Assembly: GCA_013360915.1 (NCBI GenBank)
Contig: JABWAT010000001.1
Span: forward strand, 468,981-532,980
DNA: 64,000 nt
Source of the DNA: Bacteroidota bacterium
GTDB lineage: Bacteria > Bacteroidota > JABWAT01
Reading direction: 5' to 3'
The translations under genes and the position numbers were made by a program. The number at the start of each line of letters is the position of its first letter. Positions within the stretch are counted from its first letter, which is position 1. Shown here piece after piece: positions 40,196 through 49,625 of the stretch. A model generated the notes under the pieces. It was given only the letters and a program-made list of their open reading frames with translations. It was not told the DNA's origin and searched no databases.

Positions 40196-41431
40196 TTACT
40201 TTCCATCAGGCCTTCTGGCCAGTGTTACCGTTTTTTTAATGTCTTTTCCATCTCTGACAATATCGAGATCCAGCTTATCCCCAGGCTTGGAATCACGCTG
40301 AAAGATCAGCAGATCATTCGAGGTGCGGATGGGCAGATTGTTGATTCGGGTAATCACATCGGCCGGTCTGACGTCGGATTTTTCTGCCGGACTTCCGTTT
40401 TCCACTTCAACAACCACAACGCCTTCGACATTTTTCAGGTTAAAGTATCTGGCGACCGCCGGGTCCAGGGTCTGGACTTTCAGGCCAGACCAGAATGACC
40501 GGTCCACTTTTCCGGTGGCCTTCAGTTCTTCCACGATAGATTTGGCCCGGTTAATGGGAATGGCGAATCCAAGACCGATGTTACCCTGATTGAACTGACC
40601 GCCTGTGTAAATGAAACTGTTGACACCGATGACCTCGCCGAGCGCATTACAGAGCGGACCGCCCGAGTTACCCGAATTGATGGCGGCATCGGTCTGAATC
40701 ATGTCCCGGTAAATCCGGTTTTCATTCATAACAAAATTCATGCGGGTATTTGAAACCACTCCAACGGTAACCGTTGGCTGGTCGTTGATGTCGAAAAGTC
40801 CGAAGGGATTCCCGAGAGCAATGGCCCACTCGCCCACCATTACCTGATCGGAATTGCCCAATTCCAGAAAAGGAAGGTTTTTGCCATCCACCTTCAGCAG
40901 GGCGATATCTGAGATCGGATCGGATCCGACGATTTCAGCATCGAATTTCCGGCCACCTGGCAAGGTTACAATGATTTTGCTGGCGTTTCCTGCCACGTGA
41001 TAGTTGGTCAGAATGTATCCATCGGGAGAAATGATAAATCCGGAACCCAGTCCCTTCACCTCGTACTGCTGTGAACGGCGTTGCTGAAAGAAATGATTGA
41101 AAAACGGGTCGTTCCGGAACAAATCGGCAAATGGGTCGCGGTATTCGCGGATTTCGGTCACATTAATTCCTACCACGGCCGGACTGATCGCCCTGACTGC
41201 AGTGGTTATCACCGTTTGCCTGGACTCATAGATGACCTGATTAACTGAATCACGGGTCAGTCTGGTTGGTTCGGGCGTGGTAATGACTGTCGCCTCGGGA
41301 ACACCGGGCTGCTCATGGGCAGGCACGGGTTGTTCCTGTGGCTGACAGGCAAGAAGTAAGGTTAGTAGTGGGGTGAACATCATCGGGTATCCTCTCATGG
41401 TTCTATCCTTAAGAAGTGAAGAAAGCACCAT
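40196..41431 (-). CDS. HtrA/DegQ-like trypsin serine protease with PDZ domain (lipoprotein)
   Basis: LLAC lipobox; TNYHV, DIALL and GNSGGPL catalytic triad; C-terminal PDZ. Start may be ATG 41398. Confidence 0.93.
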   Translation of the reverse strand: MVLSSLLKDRTMRGYPMMFTPLLTLLLACQPQEQPVPAHEQPGVPEATVITTPEPTRLTRDSVNQVIYESRQTVITTAVRAISPAVVGINVTEIREYRDPFADLFRNDPFFNHFFQQRRSQQYEVKGLGSGFIISPDGYILTNYHVAGNASKIIVTLPGGRKFDAEIVGSDPISDIALLKVDGKNLPFLELGNSDQVMVGEWAIALGNPFGLFDINDQPTVTVGVVSNTRMNFVMNENRIYRDMIQTDAAINSGNSGGPLCNALGEVIGVNSFIYTGGQFNQGNIGLGFAIPINRAKSIVEELKATGKVDRSFWSGLKVQTLDPAVARYFNLKNVEGVVVVEVENGSPAEKSDVRPADVITRINNLPIRTSNDLLIFQRDSKPGDKLDLDIVRDGKDIKKTVTLARRPDGK

Positions 41432-41443
41432 TAAGTCCCGGTT

Positions 41444-42088
41444 TTACTTGTTTTTGTTCCAATCCTTCAGAAAACGCTCGATCCCGATATCGGTAAGCGG
41501 GTGTTTTACCAACTGATCAAACACTTTGAAAGGCATGGTGGCCACATCGGCCCCGATCATGGCCGCATCAACGATGTGGAGCGGATGCCGGATGGAAGCA
41601 ACAAGCACTTCGGTTCTGAAGTCATAATTGCGGTAAATGGTGACAATCTGATGGATCAGTTGCATTCCATCCTGCGAAATGTCATCGAGCCGACCGACAA
41701 AGGGAGATATAAAGGTGGCCCCGGCTTTTGCAGCCAGCAAGGCCTGAGAAGGCGAAAAGCAAAGAGTCACATTGACCATTCCACCTTCACCAGTGATGGT
41801 TTTACAGGCCTTCAGGCCGTCTTTGGTCAGGGGTACTTTGATGGTGACATTGGAGGCAATTTTCCGGAGAACTTCAGCTTCTTTCATCATTCCGGCGTAA
41901 TCGGTTGAGATGACTTCGGCTGAAACCGGACCCGGGACCAGTTTACAGATATCGGCGATATGACCGTGGAAGTCCTTAACACCTTCTGCTGCAACAAGAG
42001 AGGGATTGGTGGTGACGCCATCGAGAATTCCGAGACTGGCGGCCTCCCTGATTTCATTGAGATTGGCAGTATCAATAAAAAATTTCAT
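41444..42088 (-). CDS. fsa: Transaldolase / fructose-6-phosphate aldolase (TalC/FSA family)
   Basis: [25 protein letters not shown] and HPLTD motifs. Confidence 0.92.
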   Translation of the reverse strand: MKFFIDTANLNEIREAASLGILDGVTTNPSLVAAEGVKDFHGHIADICKLVPGPVSAEVISTDYAGMMKEAEVLRKIASNVTIKVPLTKDGLKACKTITGEGGMVNVTLCFSPSQALLAAKAGATFISPFVGRLDDISQDGMQLIHQIVTIYRNYDFRTEVLVASIRHPLHIVDAAMIGADVATMPFKVFDQLVKHPLTDIGIERFLKDWNKNK

Positions 42089-42118
42089 GGTGAAACCCGG
42101 ATTCGTCAATAAAAAAAA

Positions 42119-42225
42119 TCCTGAAGTAAGCTACCCGGTATCACCCAAGTTGTCGACCTGCCGTTGCTTCCTTCCGGACCTGGCGGGGTTCGGTGAGTCC
42201 TCGTCGCACCGGACTTACTTCAGGA
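42119..42225 (-). ncRNA. ffs: Signal recognition particle RNA (4.5S, small bacterial SRP)
   Basis: Minus strand contains GCCAGGTCCGGAAGGAAGCAACGGC (helix-8 CAGG/GGAA/AGCA signature). The ends pair (TCCTGAAGTAAG...CTTACTTCAGGA) and a T9 run follows. Confidence 0.92.
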
Positions 42226-42229
42226 ACGG

Positions 42230-42261
42230 CAAAGGTAGGAAACCGCGCCGACGGATTCAAA
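42230..42261 (-). promoter_or_regulatory. Bacteroidota-type housekeeping promoter of ffs
   Basis: -33 TTTG (42258-42261), 20-nt spacer, -7 TACCTTTG (42230-42237), a few nt before the SRP RNA 5' end. Confidence 0.75.
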
Positions 42262-42311
42262 TCGGTGCATGGAGTTCATGCGATCGGACCCCGTTAACGC
42301 TCCGGAAGCGG

Positions 42312-43769
42312 TTATTTAAGCCCCAGTTCCTTGCACATCCGGTAGAAGTTTGAAGGAGCCAGCCCCAATTTTTCGGCGGCTCTTGAGTCGGAACTGGAGA
42401 TGCTGCGCACGTAGGAAAAGTACTTTTTCCTGAAAATCCGTTCCATATCCCGAAAGGGCAAAACCTGCGTTCCGATCAGGTTATCGAAGTTGTTTTCCTC
42501 TTTGGATACCAGGTTATTCCTCAGAATCATCGGGTCAGAGACATCGGCTGCCGATATGTAACCGCTGGTATTCAGAACCAGTCGCTGAGCCACATTCCTG
42601 AGTTCCCTGACGTTCCCTGGCCATTTGTAATTTCTCAATATTTCCCGTGCCATGTCGTCAATTTCTGGAATGAGGACATTCATATCGGTACAGAACTGTC
42701 TGACGAAGTGCTCGAACAGCAGGATGATATCATCTCCTCTGGATTTCAGCGGAGGAATCTCAATCGGGATCACATTGAGCCGGTAATACAGATCTTCTCT
42801 GAACCGGTTATTGTTCACCTCGGCTGCAAGGTCTTTGTTCGTGGCAGCAATGATGCGGACATTGACCGATTGCTTCTTTGTACGGCCGATTTTTTCAATT
42901 TCCCCTTCCTGAAGCACCCTGAGCAGCTTTACCTGTGCTGAAAGCGGAAGTTCGGCTACTTCATCCAGAAAGATGGTTCCGTTGTTTGCAATTTCGAATA
43001 ACCCCTGTTTGCTTGATTGGGCACCTGTAAAAGCCCCCTTTTCGTATCCAAACAGTTCTGATTCAATCAGATCATCAGGAATAGAGCCGCAATTGATGGG
43101 TACAAAATTTTCATCACGACGATTGCTTTTCAGGTGGATATTCCAGGCCACCAGTTCTTTGCCGGTTCCGCTGGGACCGGTAATAATCACATTCGCGTCG
43201 CTTCGGGCATATTTATCAATGGCCTCTCTGACCTGCATGATGGCCCGTGATTCACCAATAATTTTTTTTGCTTCCAACTGGTTTTTCACGTTCTGACTGA
43301 GCTTTTTATCTGAGTGTGTTTTATGCTGCTCCAGTTTCTTCCTTTCGTGGGCATTGAAAATACTCAGAATAAAATCGGTCGGCTGATAAATGTAGTCTTC
43401 AATATTTCCCGGATACTTGGTACAATACCAATAGGCACCCGACTTAATGAGACTGTTGGCAAAATTATAATCGGTGATATTAATGGTCATTTTGGTAATG
43501 ACGATAATCTGGATAAAAGGATCAATTCTTTTAATTTCTGAAATTAATTCTTCACCGCGCAATCCACCTGAAATCTGATAATCCATGATCACAATGTCGA
43601 CGCCATCCGAATTATCTTTCAACCAGTCAATGGCTGCTTTTCCATTGGAAACCACCGATCTGATTTTTAGCCGGTCGGCGTAGTAGTTAAGGGTATTCTT
43701 CACCCTGCGGACATCGAAATCCTCATCTTCCACCAATAAAATATTGATCATTTCGGCCACTCCAGCCAT
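42312..43769 (-). CDS. Sigma-54-dependent response regulator (NtrC/bEBP family)
   Basis: REC domain (VEDED, IMDY), GPSGTGKE, ESELFGYEKGAFTGA, FLDE, WPGNVREL, C-terminal HTH. Confidence 0.95.
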   Translation of the reverse strand: MAGVAEMINILLVEDEDFDVRRVKNTLNYYADRLKIRSVVSNGKAAIDWLKDNSDGVDIVIMDYQISGGLRGEELISEIKRIDPFIQIIVITKMTINITDYNFANSLIKSGAYWYCTKYPGNIEDYIYQPTDFILSIFNAHERKKLEQHKTHSDKKLSQNVKNQLEAKKIIGESRAIMQVREAIDKYARSDANVIITGPSGTGKELVAWNIHLKSNRRDENFVPINCGSIPDDLIESELFGYEKGAFTGAQSSKQGLFEIANNGTIFLDEVAELPLSAQVKLLRVLQEGEIEKIGRTKKQSVNVRIIAATNKDLAAEVNNNRFREDLYYRLNVIPIEIPPLKSRGDDIILLFEHFVRQFCTDMNVLIPEIDDMAREILRNYKWPGNVRELRNVAQRLVLNTSGYISAADVSDPMILRNNLVSKEENNFDNLIGTQVLPFRDMERIFRKKYFSYVRSISSSDSRAAEKLGLAPSNFYRMCKELGLK

Positions 43770-43776
43770 ACCTACC

Positions 43777-45258
43777 TCAATGTTTGATTATCATGGTAAA
43801 CCGACAACCCTCTGGTTGCAGGTTTTCGGCTTTCACAGTCCAGCCACATTTTCCCACGGCTAACTGCCAGGCAATGTAACACCCATAACCCGCGCCGGAT
43901 GCGGTAACCACCTTGGTTGATTCATTTTCCTGAAATAATCGGGGTACACCATTCTCACCCGGATCGAGCAGCCAGGGTTTGATGCCCACACCATTATCCT
44001 GAATGGTAATGATGGTTTGATTCTGATCCCGCTGATAACGTGTCCGGATGAGGATATGAATCTGGGATTTTTTACCGTGGTCGATGGAATTCTGAATAAT
44101 TGGTTCCAGAATTTCCCAGACCACAAATTCATTTACAGGAATTTTGGGAACGGCCGGGTCGAGATCGGTTTCGAAGGAAAACATTTCATTGCGGGAGGAA
44201 ATCCGCAAAAAGACATAATCAAGTATAAACCTTACGACCTCATTCACCGAAGTGGAAAACATCGGATTCACAATGGTATTGATTGGCTGGTCATACCATT
44301 TCATATCATAAATAATACGGGAAATAAAATTGGCGTAGGTAATGACTCTTTTGCGGGTCTCATCCAGATTTTCAGGACTGATCTGCCTGAGATCCTCCTT
44401 GATAAATCCGATGATTTTTTCTGCCTTGTGGTTGGTATGATAAATCCGTTTGGTAAACAGAGATTCTTTTTCGAGCCGAATCTGCCTTGTCAGGTTTTCT
44501 TCATGCTCAAGATAAAATTTCTGCTGGGCCTCATTCCGTTCTTTCACGGCCTGTGATGAGACGATAAAAATCCCCAGTAATCCGATAAAAATAAGTGCCG
44601 AGTAAAGAAAGGTGACGTTATCGAGTCCGGAGGAAACCTCCTCGGTGATAAAGGAAAAATTTGGTGTGATTTTCATAAAAAGCACACCGAGATATTCCCC
44701 ATTCGGGACGAAGGGAACCAACACGTGAAAATTTCCTGAGAGGTCTCTCGAAGAAAACAGGACCTCTTCATTTTTCATCCGTTCCTTGTTCTGATGAAAC
44801 AACTGAACGGCATCGGAATGCTTTCCGGAGGAGTGGCTGTAGGCCGGAAGGTCATTTCTGATAAACTGAGCAAGGTGCTGACCGCTTTCAATCACATAAA
44901 GCTGGTGGTGGCGGACCAGGATAAGGCAGATATCCTTCACATTCCCCTGAATGATCTGCTGCCGGAAAACCACGTTCAGCGAGGAAATGATTTTCCGCTC
45001 GTTGTGATCACTCAGCAATTTATCGGTGAACATGTTTTCAGAGATGAGTTCCAGGCTGGTGGTGGTCACGATTGCCAGACGCTCTGCGGCATCCTTCTGA
45101 TACCAGGATTGTGTCTGATCGAGTAATTCGTTAACCGCTGATTTCTGGATAAAAGTAACCCCGATCTGAAAGCCGATCAGGACGAGAAAAAAAATCGTGA
45201 TATGGGTTATTTCGAACCGGTACTGAAAATATTTGCGAAGGATTTTTTCTTTTAGCAT
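43777..45258 (-). CDS. Membrane sensor histidine kinase with atypical H-box
   Basis: Two TMs flanking a periplasmic domain; N-box EPIIQNSIDHG, G1 DNGVG, G2 GAGYG. Start at ATG 45258. Confidence 0.85.
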   Translation of the reverse strand: MLKEKILRKYFQYRFEITHITIFFLVLIGFQIGVTFIQKSAVNELLDQTQSWYQKDAAERLAIVTTTSLELISENMFTDKLLSDHNERKIISSLNVVFRQQIIQGNVKDICLILVRHHQLYVIESGQHLAQFIRNDLPAYSHSSGKHSDAVQLFHQNKERMKNEEVLFSSRDLSGNFHVLVPFVPNGEYLGVLFMKITPNFSFITEEVSSGLDNVTFLYSALIFIGLLGIFIVSSQAVKERNEAQQKFYLEHEENLTRQIRLEKESLFTKRIYHTNHKAEKIIGFIKEDLRQISPENLDETRKRVITYANFISRIIYDMKWYDQPINTIVNPMFSTSVNEVVRFILDYVFLRISSRNEMFSFETDLDPAVPKIPVNEFVVWEILEPIIQNSIDHGKKSQIHILIRTRYQRDQNQTIITIQDNGVGIKPWLLDPGENGVPRLFQENESTKVVTASGAGYGCYIAWQLAVGKCGWTVKAENLQPEGCRFTMIIKH

Positions 45259-45268
45259 TGAAGTGGAC

Positions 45269-46615
45269 TCAGTAACCGTTTTTCTTTTCCAGTGCTTCAC
45301 TTCTGATTGCGGAGGAAGCATTAATCAGGGCTTTTTCAACCGGAACCTTCCCCTGAACTGCCTCTGTAAACCATGCGGACATGATTTCTGAATACTTGGT
45401 ATATTCTTCATGCCGTGGCCGGTGAACTCCGAACCCAATCTTTTTCAGATTTTCTTTCAATTCCGGGTAACGGCTCTGGTAACCAGGATCGGTGTATAAA
45501 TCACCGATGACCGGGTAATACCCTGCTCTGCTGTACATGAGTTCCTGAGATTCCGTTCTGAGCAAAAACTTGATGAAGTCGATGGCTTCAGCCTTTTTAG
45601 AAGAAAATTTACTAACCATCAGATTCCATCCACCGAATACCGAGGCGGGGGTGGATCCACGGAAATGAGGCATCATCACTTTTCTAATCAGTTTCTGCCG
45701 GTTTGTATCGATGGGACTGTCCACAAAATCCTTGTCGTAGGTGGGCCAGCCTCTGACAAAGTAGGCATCATTGAGGAGGAAGTATTCGAAACTCGGTAAG
45801 TCAGTAAAGTCGGCCACTTTTGTGGGTGTGGCTTTATAGGTATGGATCAGGTCGGTAAGGAAATGAAGTGACCGCCGGGCTTCTGAGGTATTAAAATCGA
45901 ACCCGTAGTCGGTGAAATAGCGCGGATTCTGACTGAGCAGCAATTCGGTGAAGGTGCAGATAAAGCCTTCAAAGGAGGCGGCAGGGAAAATATAATAAGG
46001 CTTTGACTGGTCTGCGTAACGTTGCCAGGCAAGTAATTCTTCCCAGGTTATGCCTGACTCAAGTTTATTAATCAGTTCCGCTGAGTTTTTCATTGAACCG
46101 ACCAGATCGGTGCGGTAGTACAACACGCCCTGCACCAGATCGAAAGGAACGGCCATCAACTCGCCTTCATAGTAGCAGGATTCAAGCGCAACCGGAAGAA
46201 TTCTGCCAATTTCTTCGTCGGAAAAATACTGTTCGAGCGGTTCGCTCCACTTCGCGAAGCGCTGAACCCAGATCAGATCAACAGCCAGAATATCAATACC
46301 GGTTTCTCTGCCTCTGAGAGACCTTGCAAGTAACTCCTTCCGCTCATTGGTACTGAAATCAAAATTGGGAAAATCGACCGGGATTACCCGTACTTTCCCA
46401 CTGTTTTCTGCATTGTATCGGGCAATCAGTTCTTCATGAGCCGGTGTCATCCGGTCGGCAAAGAAAAGTTCTGTGACTTTCTGCGGTTCTTCACCATTCT
46501 TCATCAGGATGGTGGCCATGTAGATACCCGCCACCAGGATCAGGAATCCGATGGCCAGTAATTGGCGTTTACGGTCTTTAATGTAATTCTGGTTCAATTC
46601 ATCCATGTTCAGCAT
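45269..46615 (-). CDS. Sugar-type extracellular solute-binding protein (family 1), membrane anchored
   Basis: N-terminal TM; DILAVDLIWVQRFA, LYYRTDL and GGWNLMVSKFS, typical of carbohydrate SBPs. Confidence 0.88.
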   Translation of the reverse strand: MLNMDELNQNYIKDRKRQLLAIGFLILVAGIYMATILMKNGEEPQKVTELFFADRMTPAHEELIARYNAENSGKVRVIPVDFPNFDFSTNERKELLARSLRGRETGIDILAVDLIWVQRFAKWSEPLEQYFSDEEIGRILPVALESCYYEGELMAVPFDLVQGVLYYRTDLVGSMKNSAELINKLESGITWEELLAWQRYADQSKPYYIFPAASFEGFICTFTELLLSQNPRYFTDYGFDFNTSEARRSLHFLTDLIHTYKATPTKVADFTDLPSFEYFLLNDAYFVRGWPTYDKDFVDSPIDTNRQKLIRKVMMPHFRGSTPASVFGGWNLMVSKFSSKKAEAIDFIKFLLRTESQELMYSRAGYYPVIGDLYTDPGYQSRYPELKENLKKIGFGVHRPRHEEYTKYSEIMSAWFTEAVQGKVPVEKALINASSAIRSEALEKKNGY

Positions 46616-46688
46616 ACCAGACCTGCAAGGTCATTGTGATGGGGAATTTGCGACCCAACCCCGGATCGGAATCCGGCAAAACAGCGAA

Positions 46689-46723
46689 GCCCGGTGTTTT
46701 ATCAAAATAATAAAACACCGGGC
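46689..46723. terminator. 14-bp inverted repeat after the GH26 gene (terminator, stabiliser or operator)
   Basis: GCCCGGTGTTTTAT-CAAAATA-ATAAAACACCGGGC. The downstream U-tract on the minus strand is weak. Confidence 0.55.
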
Positions 46724-46745
46724 CAATCCCTTCCGCCGGAAAACA

Positions 46746-49625
46746 TTATTTCATAAGAACCGCCCTGTGAGTGGCTGATTTTCCGGCAGCAGTCAAGCGA
46801 ATCAGATAAACACCGGATGGCAAACCAGAGGCATTCCATGCAACAGACTGAATGCCGGCTGACAGAATCCCTGCCGGGATGACCTGAACCCGTCTTCCGA
46901 GCACATCAAAGATTTCGATGCTGATTCCGGATGGTTTCTCAAGAGAAAACCTGATCACGGTCGAGGGATTAAACGGATTCGGGAAATTACCGAGCAGATG
47001 GAAAGAGGATGGATGGTTGGACACCTCAGCACTGAGAATTTGCCCCAGTGTTTTTGGCGTCGGTTCGCTGCCGTTGTCAACATACTGCCAGGAAGAACCC
47101 AGAGGAATGATCGTTGAAGTCTGGGTGTACACTTTTGCATCAAAAGTGGTTACCGTTCCCGGTGCCTGCGCATGGATTTCGATTGCAATGGTATTGGTTC
47201 CCTTTTTTAACATGCTGCGCTGTGCCGCTGAAAAAATAAGAATTCTGGAGTACGATCCGGCCGAATTAGGAGGGGTATCATAGGTCACATCAAATCCGGG
47301 ATTGATGTTGTGTCTGAGCAGTTCTTCGCCATTCAGGTACGCAACAAACCCGCCAAGACTTTTAACCAGCAAGGCAAAGGTGGGCGGAACCGAATCGAGA
47401 TCGAAATTGGTTCTGAAGTAGGCAGTCTGAACCTGTGAAATGATGGTTTTCGATGCCTGGTCTGTTCCGATCGGAGACTCTCCGAAAGGCCAGGAGGCAA
47501 TATTGTACCGGGAATCGAACCATTTAACCGGAGCCATCATGGTATCAACAAGGACTGACAGCACAAAGGAATTTTGCATGGTGTTTCCATCACGATCCCG
47601 TGCTTTCAGATAAAACTGATTCTGCTGACCCTGAGTTGCCGAAACCGGAATTTCGTGAATCAGACCAAACCCTGATGAAAGAACGGTGTCTTCCATGGAA
47701 TCGAAGGAAACATCGGAGGTACTCATTTTAACCAGAGACCGGTCGTTTGTTTCCAGACTGATGGTAAAATGGGTTTTCCAGCTCACAAGTGTGCTATCCT
47801 GTCCGTTTGTAAATGCAGGTGCCAGGACATCGGCGGCCGGAGGAGCATACATATCGGGAAGGTCCCGTTCGAACAACGTATAGGCATCGTTATAAAATTT
47901 CTTAAAATCGGGCACGGATTTATGACCCGGATAAGGTGCGTAATGATGGGAGGTATTGGCATTCCTCCAAACAGCCGCATAAACCAGGTTGGAAGCCAGA
48001 GAATCGTATTTAATTGGTGGCAGCAGGATGTCTGAAAACCAATTCGGTGCATCGAGCCCTTCCTGACCGGCTTCGGTGAAACCAACGATTTTCCCCCGGG
48101 CCACTGCATGCGAGGCAACGGTTCTCAACCAGGCCGGAACGTCCTTTTTCGTCTGATCAGAAATGACATCGGACCAATAAAAATCGAACCCGAAAATATC
48201 GACATAGTCATCACCCGGATAAACATCGAAATAGGTATTGGCATTTCCTCCATGATCAAGATTTGGTGAAATGGCCAGTAACATGTTGTGCACATTCAGG
48301 GAATCGATCAGATAATCAACGGTAAACCGCCACAAAGAATTATATTCAGCCGTGGTCCTGTGCCCGGTCCCCCACCAGAACCAGTTCCCGATGTGTTCGT
48401 GATAGGGTCTGACGATCACCGGAATATTCTCCCCTTTTGGTCCACGGATGGACTGAAGAAACTTACCGACCTGCCGGAGTTTTGCCTTGTATTCTGAATG
48501 ACGGGGACCGCCGGGAAGGATGCTGGTTACGATTTTTTCGTTATTCACATCGGTGGCATAAAATCCACGTTTATCAGGATCGAGCTGATGCCAGCAAAAC
48601 GAAATCACGCCACCCCGGTTGTAGGCACTTTCCACACGGTATTTGCTGCCTGACCAGTCCTCTTCCTTATCGATAAAGGCAAAATCCATGCTGTAGAAAG
48701 CCGGGAAGTCACCGACCACATCGTTCACATCCGAGCGGTTGTCGTTTCCTGTCCATCCAACCCCATATCCGGTGGCATCGTGCATTCCGAACATCAGGTT
48801 CCGCGTGGCCATTGATTTAAGATTCCGGTACAGGTTTCTGGTTTCCCAGGTGGCCTGAGGATCCACGATGGGCAATACCGGACCATTCACCGATTTTTCG
48901 AGATCAACCATGGCACTCAGAAGAACGGTGGCAGCCGAGTCGATCTGACCCTGTCGTTTGGCACCAGAACCGGCGAAAGTTTCAGCCGAGGTAATGGCTG
49001 CCTGAAGCGTCGATTTTGATCCTGCAGGGAACTGTCCATCTTCGGTGCCCTCCACGGCTGAAGCCAGGCGGCTTTTTGCCTGTGTTACCGTGCTGTTGAG
49101 GAATTTCCAATCGAGGGTGGATGAAACCACCACTGAGTCACCTACCCGCATTTCATCGACATAAATGACACCCGATCTGGAACCGGTCGTTCCGGCATCG
49201 AGATACAGGTAAAATTTCGTAATGACCAGTGAGGTAGTCTTTTTACTCTTAAAAGTCAGCGTATGCCATTCATTATCTCCCGGCAAAGAGACGGTGAGAA
49301 AATCATCTCCGGACTGGTAAAGTGATTTTACCGTAAAGGCGGTTTCGACCGAGGATTTTGCACGAACAGTCACGGTCTTTGAAGAAGAATTATTAATGGT
49401 TACCGGTGGGGTGAAATTGAAATTATCCCACTGATCACTGGAACTTGTCCGTGTGTAGTTAATTTTCAGTTGCTGATTCTCTACGGACAATTGAAAAGTA
49501 CGGGGATGGTCAGAGACCCATCCGTTCATGTTTCCATCTTTAAAATCCTCTTTATATCCCGTCACCTGAGCCAAGGTCACAGCTGAATGGAGCAGAAAGA
49601 GAATAAACAAGGTAACTGGTTTCAT
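46746..49625 (-). CDS. GH26 beta-mannanase, multimodular, with T9SS type A CTD
   Basis: SFCWH, RPYHE (acid/base), WFWWG, YPGDDYVDIFGFD, FTEAG (nucleophile) and VWRNA motifs. C-terminal NFPNPFNPST...GVYLIRL...MK. Confidence 0.92.
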   Translation of the reverse strand: MKPVTLFILFLLHSAVTLAQVTGYKEDFKDGNMNGWVSDHPRTFQLSVENQQLKINYTRTSSSDQWDNFNFTPPVTINNSSSKTVTVRAKSSVETAFTVKSLYQSGDDFLTVSLPGDNEWHTLTFKSKKTTSLVITKFYLYLDAGTTGSRSGVIYVDEMRVGDSVVVSSTLDWKFLNSTVTQAKSRLASAVEGTEDGQFPAGSKSTLQAAITSAETFAGSGAKRQGQIDSAATVLLSAMVDLEKSVNGPVLPIVDPQATWETRNLYRNLKSMATRNLMFGMHDATGYGVGWTGNDNRSDVNDVVGDFPAFYSMDFAFIDKEEDWSGSKYRVESAYNRGGVISFCWHQLDPDKRGFYATDVNNEKIVTSILPGGPRHSEYKAKLRQVGKFLQSIRGPKGENIPVIVRPYHEHIGNWFWWGTGHRTTAEYNSLWRFTVDYLIDSLNVHNMLLAISPNLDHGGNANTYFDVYPGDDYVDIFGFDFYWSDVISDQTKKDVPAWLRTVASHAVARGKIVGFTEAGQEGLDAPNWFSDILLPPIKYDSLASNLVYAAVWRNANTSHHYAPYPGHKSVPDFKKFYNDAYTLFERDLPDMYAPPAADVLAPAFTNGQDSTLVSWKTHFTISLETNDRSLVKMSTSDVSFDSMEDTVLSSGFGLIHEIPVSATQGQQNQFYLKARDRDGNTMQNSFVLSVLVDTMMAPVKWFDSRYNIASWPFGESPIGTDQASKTIISQVQTAYFRTNFDLDSVPPTFALLVKSLGGFVAYLNGEELLRHNINPGFDVTYDTPPNSAGSYSRILIFSAAQRSMLKKGTNTIAIEIHAQAPGTVTTFDAKVYTQTSTIIPLGSSWQYVDNGSEPTPKTLGQILSAEVSNHPSSFHLLGNFPNPFNPSTVIRFSLEKPSGISIEIFDVLGRRVQVIPAGILSAGIQSVAWNASGLPSGVYLIRLTAAGKSATHRAVLMK

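Noticed and set aside
45269-46615. ABC sugar transporter operon
   Set aside because: No permease or ATPase genes are adjacent; the SBP is followed directly by a kinase.
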